The notes below the pieces were generated by a model. That model was given only the letters and a program-made list of their open reading frames with translations. It made no database searches and had not been told where the DNA came from. Below are positions 16,215 through 24,526 of a DNA stretch of 25,514 bases, in pieces. Within the stretch, counting starts at the first letter, position 1, and each line of letters begins with the position of its first letter. A program made the position numbers and the translations under genes. This DNA is from Prevotellaceae bacterium (GTDB taxonomy: Bacteria > Bacteroidota > Bacteroidia > Bacteroidales > UBA932). The stretch spans positions 1-25,514 of the forward strand of contig JAITMY010000046.1 in assembly GCA_031290755.1 (NCBI GenBank). Reading direction: 5' to 3'.

Positions 16215-16282
16215 AACCTTTCCCCCGATGCTAAATTTCCGAATGGCGAACAGCGGCTTGTGAACCTGAGCTTTAGCGATGC

Positions 16283-16513
16283 CTCTGTGGACTTTTGCGA
16301 GACATCTATAGACTTTTCATAGATGTCTATGAAACTTTGCGAGGCGTCTATGAGCTTTCCGTAGATGTCTATGAAACTTTCCGAGGTGTCTATGAGCTTT
16401 CCGTAGACGTCTATGGACTTTTCCGAGGCGTCTATGAGCTTTCCATAGACGTCTATGGACTTTTGCGAGATGTCTATGAGCTTTCCGTAGATGTCTATGG
16501 AGCTTTGCGGTAC
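16283..16513. repeat. 11 x 21-bp tandem array with alternating A/B units (42-bp higher-order period) and internal palindromes
   Basis: Units start at 16283, 16304, 16325, ... 16493. B consensus GTCTATGAGCTTTCCRTAGAY; A consensus GTCTATG(AAAC/GACT)TTTSCGAGRY. Confidence 0.95.
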
Positions 16514-16517
16514 GCCG

Positions 16518-17702
16518 CTACCTTCCCAGCTCGAGCGCCAGCAGGATGAACGGGCCTACGGCCTTGGCGTCGTTGCTGCGCACCGGCTCGCTGACGTAGT
16601 ACGCGAAGCTGCCGTCGCGGTAGCGCCCGGCGCCGCCTAAGCCCGACACCACGCAGCCCATGGTGAGGCTAATCGTGCCGTTGTTGTTGAGGGTAACGAA
16701 GGTGCGCACCATGCCGTCGAGCACGTCGGCGGCCTTTTGCCGGTAGCTGCCGTCGAGCCAGCCGTGGTTGGCGGCCTTGGCCCAGGCGTAGCCGAACATG
16801 GCGGTGCCGGACGACTCGAGGTAGTTGCCCTCGCGGTCGCCCATGTTGGTTACCTGATACCACGCCTTGGAGTCGGGGTCTTGCTGCTTTTCGAGGGCTT
16901 CGGACAGGCCTTCGAGCACGGCGATGATTTCGGGGCGGCGGGGGTGGTCGGCGGGGAAGTTTTCCAGCACGTCCACCAGCGCCATCATGTACCAGCCCAT
17001 GCTGCGGCTCCAGAAGTTGGGCGAGCATCCGGTTTGCTCGTTCGCCCAGCGCTGCTCGCGGCTTTCGTCCCAGCCGTGGTAGAGGAGGCCGGTGGCGGAG
17101 TCGCGGGTGTGCTTGGCCACCAGCAGCAGCTGGTGCGCCACCTCGTCGTAGAGCGCCGGCTCGCCGAAGGTTTTCCCGTAGAGGCAGAGGAAGGGGGAGG
17201 CCATGTAGAGGCCGTCGAGCCACATCTGGTGGGGGTATATCTGCTTGTGCCAAAATCCGCCCTCGCTGGTGCGCGGGTGGGTGCGCATCTGCTCGCGGAG
17301 CAGCGCGGCGGCGTTCTTGTACTTCACCTCGCCGGTTTCGCGGTAGAGCGCCAGCAGCGTGTTGCCGCCGGCGATGTTGTCGATGTTAAACTTTTCGGGG
17401 CTGTAGGTGCGAATGGCGTGGCCGCTGTCCACCACCATCGTGTCGCCGAAGCTGCGCACGTAGTCGAAGTACTTTTGGCTGCCCGTGGCCTTGTACACGC
17501 GGTACAGGGCGTAGGTTTCCAGCCCCTGGCAGTAGCCCCACTTGGGGGCTTTGGCGAAGTCGAGCATCCAGCTTTCGGGGTAGCGCGCCATTTCGGAGTC
17601 GGCCATTCGCGCCGACCATTTTTCGCCGAGGCCGGAGCAGCCTGTGCCAGCGGCCAGCAGCGTGGCGGCTAAGGCAAGCGTAGCGTTGCGTAGTGTCATC
17701 AT
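16518..17702 (-). CDS. Glycoside hydrolase family 105/88 (unsaturated rhamnogalacturonyl/glucuronyl hydrolase, YteR-like), lipoprotein
   Basis: Lipobox (AGTGC); FNIDNIAGG, EGGFWHKQIYPHQMWLDGLYM, GLLYHGWDES, NFWSRSMGW, YLESSGTAMF, NDAKAVGPFI. Confidence 0.92.
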   Translation of the reverse strand: MMTLRNATLALAATLLAAGTGCSGLGEKWSARMADSEMARYPESWMLDFAKAPKWGYCQGLETYALYRVYKATGSQKYFDYVRSFGDTMVVDSGHAIRTYSPEKFNIDNIAGGNTLLALYRETGEVKYKNAAALLREQMRTHPRTSEGGFWHKQIYPHQMWLDGLYMASPFLCLYGKTFGEPALYDEVAHQLLLVAKHTRDSATGLLYHGWDESREQRWANEQTGCSPNFWSRSMGWYMMALVDVLENFPADHPRRPEIIAVLEGLSEALEKQQDPDSKAWYQVTNMGDREGNYLESSGTAMFGYAWAKAANHGWLDGSYRQKAADVLDGMVRTFVTLNNNGTISLTMGCVVSGLGGAGRYRDGSFAYYVSEPVRSNDAKAVGPFILLALELGR

Positions 17703-17723
17703 GGTAAAGTTGTTTTTAAGGGT

Positions 17724-19289
17724 TTAGGGTTTAGGGTTTTTCTTTTTGAGAAATCCGTAGAGGGTCAGGCCTTCGTCCACCGGCGGCGCCTTGAAGAAGT
17801 GGCTGGCCACCCAGGCCACGGCAAACAGCACGACGTGGCTATAGACGCCCAGCATGTACTTGTGGTGGGGGAAGTTGTAGCGCCCCAAGTCGCAGAGGGC
17901 AGTTTTCACGCCGTCGCCGTCGAAGTCGAACTTCGAGGAGGTTAGCATGGCGTAGGCGGTGAAGAGCACGCAGGCGCCGATGCCCACGTAAAGCCCCTGC
18001 TTGTTTGCCCTTCGGCTGAGCAGCCCCAGCAGGAACATGCCGGCGATGCCGGCGGAGAAGATGGCGTATAGCTCGAACACCAAGCCCAGCACGCCCTCGC
18101 CGCCCATGTGGGCGTAGAGGGCGGCGATGGCGAGCACGGCGGCGCCGGCGATGATGATGACAACCTTGGCGAAGCGAAACCGCTGCCGCTCGGTGCTGGC
18201 GGGCTTCAGGCGCTTGTAGTAGTCCTCTACCACCACCGCCGAGAGGCAGTTGATGTCGGCGTCGATGGTGGAGATGGCGGCGGCCACCAGCGCGGCGATG
18301 ATGAAGCCCTTGAAGCCCACCGGCAGCTGGGTGGTGATGAAGAAGGGGAACACCCCGTCGGCGGGCGTACCCGCGGGGAGGGGCGGCGTGGGCGCAAGCT
18401 GGTAGAAGGCAAACAGCGCCGCGCCGATGAACATGAACAGCACCCACAGCGGCACCGTGAGCGAGATGCCCAGCAGCGAGGCCCGCACGGCGGCCTTGTC
18501 GGTTTTGGCGGCGAGGTAGCGCTGCACCATTGTCTGGTCGGTGCCGTACTTCTGCACCGCGTAGAAGAGGCCGTTGATGGCCATCACCACGAAGGTGAGC
18601 TTCGTAAAGTCCCAGTCGTAGGGGCCGAGGCTCACCTTATGGTTGTCCGAAATCACCTGAAACACCGATGCCGGGGCGCCGTCGGGCATGAGCACCAGCA
18701 CAATGGCGCAGACGATGCCTCCCAGGATGAGCATGTTGCCCTGTATCACGTCCATCCACACCACGCCTTCGAGGCCGCCCAGCAGCGTGAGCAGCACGAT
18801 AGCCGCGCCTATCACCGCAATCAGCATGTAGATGTTGACGCCGAGCATGGGCGCCAGCGCAATGGCCACGAGGTAGAGCACCGACCCCATTTTGGTGAAG
18901 TGGCTGAAGGCAAAGGCCACCGAGCTGTATATGCGGGCAAAGAAGCCGAAGCGCTTTTCAAAGTACTCGTAGGCGCTGATGCCGATAACCCTTCTGAAGA
19001 GCGGCACGATGAACCATATCAGCGCCAGCAGCACGAGGGGCACCATCAGCCCCTGCACCAGCAGGATCCAGCTGCCGGCAAAGGCCGCGCCCGGGTAGGC
19101 CAGAAAGGTTACGCTGCTTATCAGCGTGGCCATGATGGAGAAGCCTATAGCCCACGAGGGGAGGTTTCGCCCGCCGGAGAAAAATTTGTCCGAGCTCTTT
19201 TGCCGCCTCGCAAAGTAGAGGCCTACAAAAACGGTGAGCACAATGGAGCCGGAAACGATAGCATAGTCAACCCAGTGTAAGCCCTGCAT
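17724..19289 (-). CDS. Sodium:solute symporter (SSS) family sugar transporter
   Basis: FFSGGRNLPSWAIGFSIMATLISSVTFLAYPG, SAYEYFEKRFG, GGLEGVVWMDVIQ, GTDQTMVQRYL, AAAISTIDADIN; many TM segments. Confidence 0.93.
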   Translation of the reverse strand: MQGLHWVDYAIVSGSIVLTVFVGLYFARRQKSSDKFFSGGRNLPSWAIGFSIMATLISSVTFLAYPGAAFAGSWILLVQGLMVPLVLLALIWFIVPLFRRVIGISAYEYFEKRFGFFARIYSSVAFAFSHFTKMGSVLYLVAIALAPMLGVNIYMLIAVIGAAIVLLTLLGGLEGVVWMDVIQGNMLILGGIVCAIVLVLMPDGAPASVFQVISDNHKVSLGPYDWDFTKLTFVVMAINGLFYAVQKYGTDQTMVQRYLAAKTDKAAVRASLLGISLTVPLWVLFMFIGAALFAFYQLAPTPPLPAGTPADGVFPFFITTQLPVGFKGFIIAALVAAAISTIDADINCLSAVVVEDYYKRLKPASTERQRFRFAKVVIIIAGAAVLAIAALYAHMGGEGVLGLVFELYAIFSAGIAGMFLLGLLSRRANKQGLYVGIGACVLFTAYAMLTSSKFDFDGDGVKTALCDLGRYNFPHHKYMLGVYSHVVLFAVAWVASHFFKAPPVDEGLTLYGFLKKKNPKP

Positions 19290-19391
19290 AGCTTGGTGCG
19301 CTTTACGTGTTAGAATATCACCCTCAAACCGGCGGCTAAGGTAGGAAATGTTTTTGAATTTACAAGCTAAGCAGGAAAAAAGAGCAGCGGG

Positions 19392-22193
19392 CTACTCGGC
19401 CACCTCCACGTTGTAGCACGACAAGAAGCTGTTCTCGTCGCAGGCCAGCACGCAGTACGCGCCGCTGCTGCCGTGCAGGTTGTCCACCGTGATGGGCGCC
19501 ACGGCCTTGATGGGGAAGCCGCTCAGCAGGTCGCCGCCGTCGTCGATGAGGTAGGCCTGCTGCTCGTCCTCCACAAACACGCTGTAGAGCCTGACGCTGG
19601 GCAGGGGGATGAATATGTGCGGCCCTGTCCTGACGGGGCGCCGGAACGTGTAGGTGAACTTTGGCTCGAGGTCGCCGCCGTAGGCGTGCAGCGTTTTTTC
19701 GTCTATCACGGCGTAGGTCGCCTGCCTGTCGGCCACGTTGTTGAAGGTGTTGAAGAAGTGGTACTCGTGGGGCTTTGGCTTCAGCGTTTGGTGGTCAACG
19801 CTGCCGTCGAAGTACACGTACACGAGGTCGCCCTCGGCGGTGGTGGTTACCATGCAGGCCACGTCGCCCTTAGGCCCCACTTCGGGCGTGATGCTGCTGT
19901 TGTAGGCCGGCGTAACGCGCTCGCGGACGTGCACGCGCTCCTCGCCCTGCCGGTTGAGGATGTAGGTGCGGCGGTTGTCGGCCACCAGAATGTAGTCCTT
20001 TTCGTGCGTGCGCACGTGCGTGAGCGGGAGCGTTACCGACCCAAAGGTGAACACCGGGGCGAAGCCCGTGAGGGGCCGCCCGCTCTGCTCAAAGGCGCGA
20101 ATTTTCCCGTCCTCGCAGGGCACGAAGTAGCGGTAGCTGCGCGAGCGGTCGTAGTCAAAGACGGCCATCGGCGCCGAGGCCGGCGAGGGCAGCTTGACGG
20201 GGAAGCCCTCCACGCTGTTGCCCAGCCGGTCGATGAGGTAGAGCTTCGTTTTGGTGTTGAACAGCATTTGCAGCTTTTTGTTGCTCAGGTAGTCTATTTG
20301 GTGCACCGGCCCCATGATGGCTTCGCCGAGCGCCTTTTTCCACAGCAAGATGCCCTGCCGGTCGATGAGGTAGATGTTGTTCCGAATGTCCTGCGCGAGT
20401 ATTTCTTTTTGCCCTGTCCGGTGGTTTTGCAGCACCCAGGGGGCGGCCAGCAGCGGGGCGTCGAGCTTCACCTCGAAGTCCAGCGCCATGCTCCTTGCCC
20501 GCTGCTTCTCCTCCGTTTTCGAGGCGGCCTTGAAGAAGATGTTGCAGTACACCTCGCTGCTGCTCATCACGCTCATCAGCACCCCTACGCCGTTGAAGCC
20601 CGCCACCGCGGGCGACTTCTTGAGCCTGCTTTTGAGCGAGGGCTTGAGCGCGTTGAGCGCCACGGCGTCGGGCTTCGAGGGGTTGAGGTAGATGAATAGG
20701 TTCGACGCGATGGTGTAGTCGCTCAGGTTGGTGGCCTGCGCGAGCGTTTTTTTCAGCAGCGCCAGCAGCGCAAAATCCTTCATGGCGGCGGGCGAGGAGG
20801 AGAAGATGAGGTAGCTCCCGATGAAGGTCAGGTAGGCATCGTCGCACTTCGCAAACAGGCTCCCCTGTAGCGCCGCGATGAAGCCGCGGGCGGGGTTGCG
20901 GTAGATGGTGAGCGGCTCCTTGTTGCTCATGCTTTCCGTCAGCGCGTAGTAGCTCTCCGGTCGGTTCTCGCCCTTGGCAGCGCCCGCTATCGCCGCCTTC
21001 ACGGCCTTGCTCGCCGCGTTTATCCTGTCGGACTTGATGACAACAAACCACTCGTCCTTTTCGCTCCCCTTGCCGGTGGGGACGTGCGCCAGCGCCAGCT
21101 CCGAGGGGTGCAGCGCCGCGAAGTACGCAGCCACGTCCGTGCCTATTTTTGTGCTCAGCTGCGCCACCTTTTCCTTGCGCTGCGCGTTGCCGCTCTGTCG
21201 GCGTTCGCGGAACTCGGCGTAGTTGGCCAGCAGCTTGCGGACGTTGTCTATGCCGAGGCACAGCACCCCGTCGGTGGTGCGCGGGAGGATTTCAAAGCAG
21301 CTCAGCTTCTGGCTGCCCTGCCCCGCCAGCGCCGAAAAGTAGGAGCCTTGCAGGTTTTCGGTGCGCAGCACGCCGGTTAGCAGCACCGCGTCTGCCATGT
21401 TGGCGTCGAGCACCGTGAAGCTGCCCAGCCGGCTCAAAAAGTCCAGCTGGCGGGCGTAGGGCTGGTCGGTGTACAGCTCCAGCAGCTTCGGCAGCTGCCG
21501 GTGGTTGAGGTACAGGTTCACGTCCACGTTTTTGCCCGCGGCCTTGGCCGCCTGCATGAAGCCGAAGTTGTCGGCCAGCGATGACGGCGTTTTGGCCTGC
21601 CGCACGGCCATCTCCACCAGCACCCGCGAGCGGCTGGCCACCAGCACGCGGCGCACCACGGCGGCGTGAAACTCCTCCACCTCGCGGCGGTAGAACGTGA
21701 AGATGCGCTCGTCGTCGTAGGGCTTATCCGCCGCGTGGTAGCCGCTTTTTTCGAGCAGCGGGATGATTTGCTTCACGTTGTTCAGGTACAGGTTGTCGCT
21801 CAGGTTGAGCGAGAACAAAAAGGACAGCTCCTTGCCGAACACGTGCGCCGACACCCAGATGGTTTGCCGCGCGAGGCTGCCCACGGCCTCGTTCTCGTGC
21901 GCCATCGTGTCCACCACGTAGCGCAGCTGCCGTGCCAGCTTGGCGGCGGTAGCGTCAGAGGCTATCAGCTGCGCCAGCGCTGCCTCCGAGCTTAGCTTGC
22001 GGGTCAGCCGGCCAAGGTCGTTCACGCGCAGCGCAAAGGAGGCGTCGGCGGGGATGGAGCGCATGGCGTCCATGCTGTTCTTTTTTTCGCCCTCGCGGAT
22101 AAAAAAGTACAGCCACACCCCCACGCACAGCAGCACCAGCAGCAGCGCCGTGAGCATAATCTTGTTGCTAAAAAGCTGGAGCAGCTTGTTCAT
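19392..22193 (-). CDS. Large membrane-anchored conserved hypothetical protein (DUF3352-like N-terminus, beta-propeller-like C-terminus)
   Basis: N-terminal TM anchor followed by 'SIPADASFALRVNDL'; C-terminal repeats GFPV/GFAP/GFPI, NKKLQMLFNT and FDYDRSRSYR, resembling the conserved Bacteroidota DUF3352-annotated family (from memory). Confidence 0.65.
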   Translation of the reverse strand: MNKLLQLFSNKIMLTALLLVLLCVGVWLYFFIREGEKKNSMDAMRSIPADASFALRVNDLGRLTRKLSSEAALAQLIASDATAAKLARQLRYVVDTMAHENEAVGSLARQTIWVSAHVFGKELSFLFSLNLSDNLYLNNVKQIIPLLEKSGYHAADKPYDDERIFTFYRREVEEFHAAVVRRVLVASRSRVLVEMAVRQAKTPSSLADNFGFMQAAKAAGKNVDVNLYLNHRQLPKLLELYTDQPYARQLDFLSRLGSFTVLDANMADAVLLTGVLRTENLQGSYFSALAGQGSQKLSCFEILPRTTDGVLCLGIDNVRKLLANYAEFRERRQSGNAQRKEKVAQLSTKIGTDVAAYFAALHPSELALAHVPTGKGSEKDEWFVVIKSDRINAASKAVKAAIAGAAKGENRPESYYALTESMSNKEPLTIYRNPARGFIAALQGSLFAKCDDAYLTFIGSYLIFSSSPAAMKDFALLALLKKTLAQATNLSDYTIASNLFIYLNPSKPDAVALNALKPSLKSRLKKSPAVAGFNGVGVLMSVMSSSEVYCNIFFKAASKTEEKQRARSMALDFEVKLDAPLLAAPWVLQNHRTGQKEILAQDIRNNIYLIDRQGILLWKKALGEAIMGPVHQIDYLSNKKLQMLFNTKTKLYLIDRLGNSVEGFPVKLPSPASAPMAVFDYDRSRSYRYFVPCEDGKIRAFEQSGRPLTGFAPVFTFGSVTLPLTHVRTHEKDYILVADNRRTYILNRQGEERVHVRERVTPAYNSSITPEVGPKGDVACMVTTTAEGDLVYVYFDGSVDHQTLKPKPHEYHFFNTFNNVADRQATYAVIDEKTLHAYGGDLEPKFTYTFRRPVRTGPHIFIPLPSVRLYSVFVEDEQQAYLIDDGGDLLSGFPIKAVAPITVDNLHGSSGAYCVLACDENSFLSCYNVEVAE

Positions 22194-22322
22194 TTTGCCT
22201 ATTGCTTACCTTCTTCACGGGCGTAAAGGTACGACTATTTTTCAAACCACAAAAAATAGGTTAAGGTAAGCGCGGGGGAGGCGCGCTGGGGGGAGGGGGC
22301 AAAAAAGATGCGGAATAATGCG

Positions 22323-22330
22323 TACCTTTG
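22323..22330 (+). promoter_or_regulatory. Bacteroidota -7 box TACCTTTG
   Basis: Perfect consensus 27 nt upstream of ATG 22358. Confidence 0.7.
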
Positions 22331-22357
22331 TAGGGAAATCTTTAAATTATTGCTGAT

Positions 22358-23023
22358 ATGGACGACTACGAAGTGCAAAAGGGAGAAAATCAGCACATTT
22401 CTACCGAACAAGGGGCACTACTCAACCAAGCGCAAGGCGCACCGCCATTAGAAGCCGCCAATGCCCTGCTCAACGAGGAGCTGCACAACTTTAAGCATGG
22501 CACACAAAAAGGGGAGTTGCACTTAGGTAAGCCATTAGCTTGCCTAATGGCCGCGGGCGTACAAGCCAAAGAAATAACCATTACTCCAAAAGTGCTCAAA
22601 GAGCATTTGGGTAAGCACGGTCTTGCTCCCGACGATCTGAAAGGGCTTGCAAAGGCTATTCAAGAGCCGTTAGTGGTATATGAGTGGGGTAAAAAACTCC
22701 CCTCTACCGTTATCGTTACCGAATTAACAATACAAGACGGACGTAAAATAGCCATTGCGATTAGGCTAGCGAAGAACGGAAGCAGGCTTAATGTAAATGA
22801 AGTTGCTACTGTTCACGGCAAAACCAATAGCCGCCTACTGGAAGACTTTTTAAAATCTACCCCCGAAGAGTTAGGGGGTGAAAAGTTAAAGTGGGTAGAG
22901 CACAAAAAAGTTTTGGATTGGTTAGGATTAGTCCCACCGAAGGGGACAGCCTCACTAACCAATCCAGCACTTAATTCGATAGCAAAGGTAGTAAAAGAAT
23001 TTGAAAATCCAAACACTTTGTAA
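22358..23023 (+). CDS. Stand-alone phage MuF C-terminal (MuF-C/BECR-like) domain protein, putative RNase toxin/effector
   Basis: ANALLNEEL...LHLGKP..LMAAGV...ITITPKVL..HLGKHGL..DDLKGLAKAIQEPLVVY...VIVTEL..DGRKIAIAI...VNEVATVHGK...AKVVKEFENP matches the MuF-C pattern seen in polyvalent proteins. GC about 42-48% in hand-counted lines, lower than the flanking core genes. Confidence 0.7.
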   Translation: MDDYEVQKGENQHISTEQGALLNQAQGAPPLEAANALLNEELHNFKHGTQKGELHLGKPLACLMAAGVQAKEITITPKVLKEHLGKHGLAPDDLKGLAKAIQEPLVVYEWGKKLPSTVIVTELTIQDGRKIAIAIRLAKNGSRLNVNEVATVHGKTNSRLLEDFLKSTPEELGGEKLKWVEHKKVLDWLGLVPPKGTASLTNPALNSIAKVVKEFENPNTL

Positions 23024-23050
23024 AAATAGGCAATGGCCTGCTGGCTTTTC

Positions 23051-23707
23051 CTACTCCACCTCTTCCTTTGCAAATGCACTCTTGCCCTCGCCGCAGAGGG
23101 GGCATTGCCAGCTGTCGGGCAAGTCCTCAAAGGGCGTTTCGCCGTCATAGATGTAGTCGCAAATGAGGCAGCGCCATTGCACGCGGTGCGCGGGCGCCGC
23201 GCCGCTTTCTTTGGACTTTTGGAGCGTTTCGCTCGCGGCCTCCTTCATGGCCGCTTGGTAGTCGGCGTAGATGAGCGGCTTGGCTGGGTTGGCGCCGTTT
23301 TCGGCGTCGGTAAGCTCGCAAACAAACAGGGTGTGGGTGGCAAACTCCAGCGAGTTGACCACGCGCAGCCGCAGGTAGGCCACAGCGTTGTCAAGCAGCG
23401 GCAGCCCGTCCTTAATGGTGTGGGGCACGTTGGCCCACTTGTCCACCTCGCGCCCCGATTGCAGGCCGAAGTTGCCCACCACAAACGGGTCAACGTTGGC
23501 CGGCAGCACCGAGAGGGTGAACTCGCCCGTGGCTTTGATACACTCGTTGGTGTAGCTTTTCTTGTTGCAGGCGAGCGTTACCACGGGGTTGTCGCCCATT
23601 GCCACCTGCCCCGCGGCATCGATGATGCAGCCGCCCAAGCCGCTTTCTGTCTTCACGCCGACCACGTACAGCCCATACGAGAACTTGGATAATGCAGTTG
23701 TGTCCAT
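23051..23707 (-). CDS. Flavin reductase-like domain fused to C-terminal rubredoxin
   Basis: [12 protein letters not shown]...GCIIDA...[17 protein letters not shown]...[12 protein letters not shown]...THTLFV; C-terminal [11 protein letters not shown]...[12 protein letters not shown] (CxxC...CxxC). Promoter TATCTTTG at 23782-23789. Confidence 0.92.
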   Translation of the reverse strand: MDTTALSKFSYGLYVVGVKTESGLGGCIIDAAGQVAMGDNPVVTLACNKKSYTNECIKATGEFTLSVLPANVDPFVVGNFGLQSGREVDKWANVPHTIKDGLPLLDNAVAYLRLRVVNSLEFATHTLFVCELTDAENGANPAKPLIYADYQAAMKEAASETLQKSKESGAAPAHRVQWRCLICDYIYDGETPFEDLPDSWQCPLCGEGKSAFAKEEVE

Positions 23708-23811
23708 AAGGTAAAATTGGTTTATATGTTTACTAACTGTTTACTTGGCGCCGGTGTTTCTCTCTTTTCCGGCTCCCTTGGCAAAGATAGTATATTTTTC
23801 CTAACTACCAA

Positions 23812-23844
23812 ATAAGAAACCGCAAACTTTTACGAGCTTGCGGT
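23812..23844 (-). terminator. Intrinsic terminator at the end of the AT-rich array
   Basis: Minus strand ACCGCAAGCT-CGTAAA-AGTTTGCGGT-TTCTTATT. Confidence 0.7.
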
Positions 23845-23885
23845 GTACGTTAGTTAGGGTGGGCAAATGCCGCCCTCTGCTACCG

Positions 23886-24526
23886 ACAAGCTTACTGCTC
23901 TGCTGAGCTACTTTTTCTTCCTGTTTTCTGCAATTATTTTTTCAATATCCAGCACAAATTCCATTTTAAATTTTTCGGATATTTGTTTCTGCTCCTTACT
24001 TTTCAAACTTGAATTATAGATAACGTGGTATGAATTCGTCGGATCGTAGGTACAACGAAGACAAATATCCATATATTTACTCCCATAAAAAGAATCATTA
24101 CAGATGTCAAGTTGTAAAGTGGTATCGCTATTAGCAAATTGAAAAAGAAAACTACCTTTCCTCCATTCTTTTTGTTTATCATAATAAAATTTTTGAGCAT
24201 CCGTATAGGAGAGGAGTAAACATGAAGTGTCTGGTAATCTTGCAAGTTCATGTTTTAAAGCTTGCGGAGACAACCATATTTCTGGATGTTGTACAAAAAA
24301 ACTATCCACAGCTTGCAACATCTCTTGCCAAGTCGCATTACCTACTTTTTTATAGCACACAATTGGTGTTGGTGGCGGAGGTGCTACTATAGAACATTGA
24401 TTAAATAAAATGAATAATAATAATGCTTTGTTTTTCATACAGATTTTTTTACAAATTTACTGCTCTGTTTAGCTGCTTTTTCTTCCTGTTTTCTGCAATT
24501 ATTTTTTCAATTTCCAGCACAAATTC
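23886..24526. repeat. Direct repeat pair at the 3' ends of paralogs 1 and 2 (offset 565 nt)
   Basis: 23911-23961 vs 24476-24526 are identical at 50 of 51 nt; weaker similarity extends to 23886/24451. Confidence 0.9.
23908..24438 (-). CDS. Hypothetical (lipo)protein, array paralog 1
   Basis: Signal-like N-terminus with Cys15; QEMLQAVDSFFVQHP, FQFANSDT and C-terminal KFKMEFVLDIEKIIAENRKKK are shared with the neighbouring gene. AT-rich. Confidence 0.75.
   Translation of the reverse strand: MKNKALLLFILFNQCSIVAPPPPTPIVCYKKVGNATWQEMLQAVDSFFVQHPEIWLSPQALKHELARLPDTSCLLLSYTDAQKFYYDKQKEWRKGSFLFQFANSDTTLQLDICNDSFYGSKYMDICLRCTYDPTNSYHVIYNSSLKSKEQKQISEKFKMEFVLDIEKIIAENRKKK

Noticed and set aside
16283-16513. 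CRISPR array
   Set aside because: The intervening A units are the same length as, and homologous to, the B units rather than unique spacers. The 21-bp period is too short and there are no cas genes.
16295-16549. 84-aa heptad-repeat ORF as a confident CDS
   Set aside because: Only a TTG start 18 nt after an in-frame TAG, no promoter seen, and it overlaps the GH105 3' end. Openness follows from the 21-bp period. Kept only as a hypothesis in the repeat finding.
22270-22300. G-quadruplex upstream of the MuF-C gene
   Set aside because: Only three runs of three or more G, and a competing AGCGCG/CGCGCT hairpin; nothing further supports function.
23800-23859. Integron attC-like site (CCTAACTA/TAGTTAGG outer inverted repeat around an inner hairpin, with an in-frame TAA inside CCCTAAC)
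   Set aside because: The boxes miss the RYYYAAC/GTTRRRY consensus, L'-R' spacing is too long, the other inter-gene junctions (e.g. 10 nt at 24439-24448) have no such site, and there is no integrase. The inner hairpin is explained as a terminator. IntegronFinder on the wider contig would settle it.
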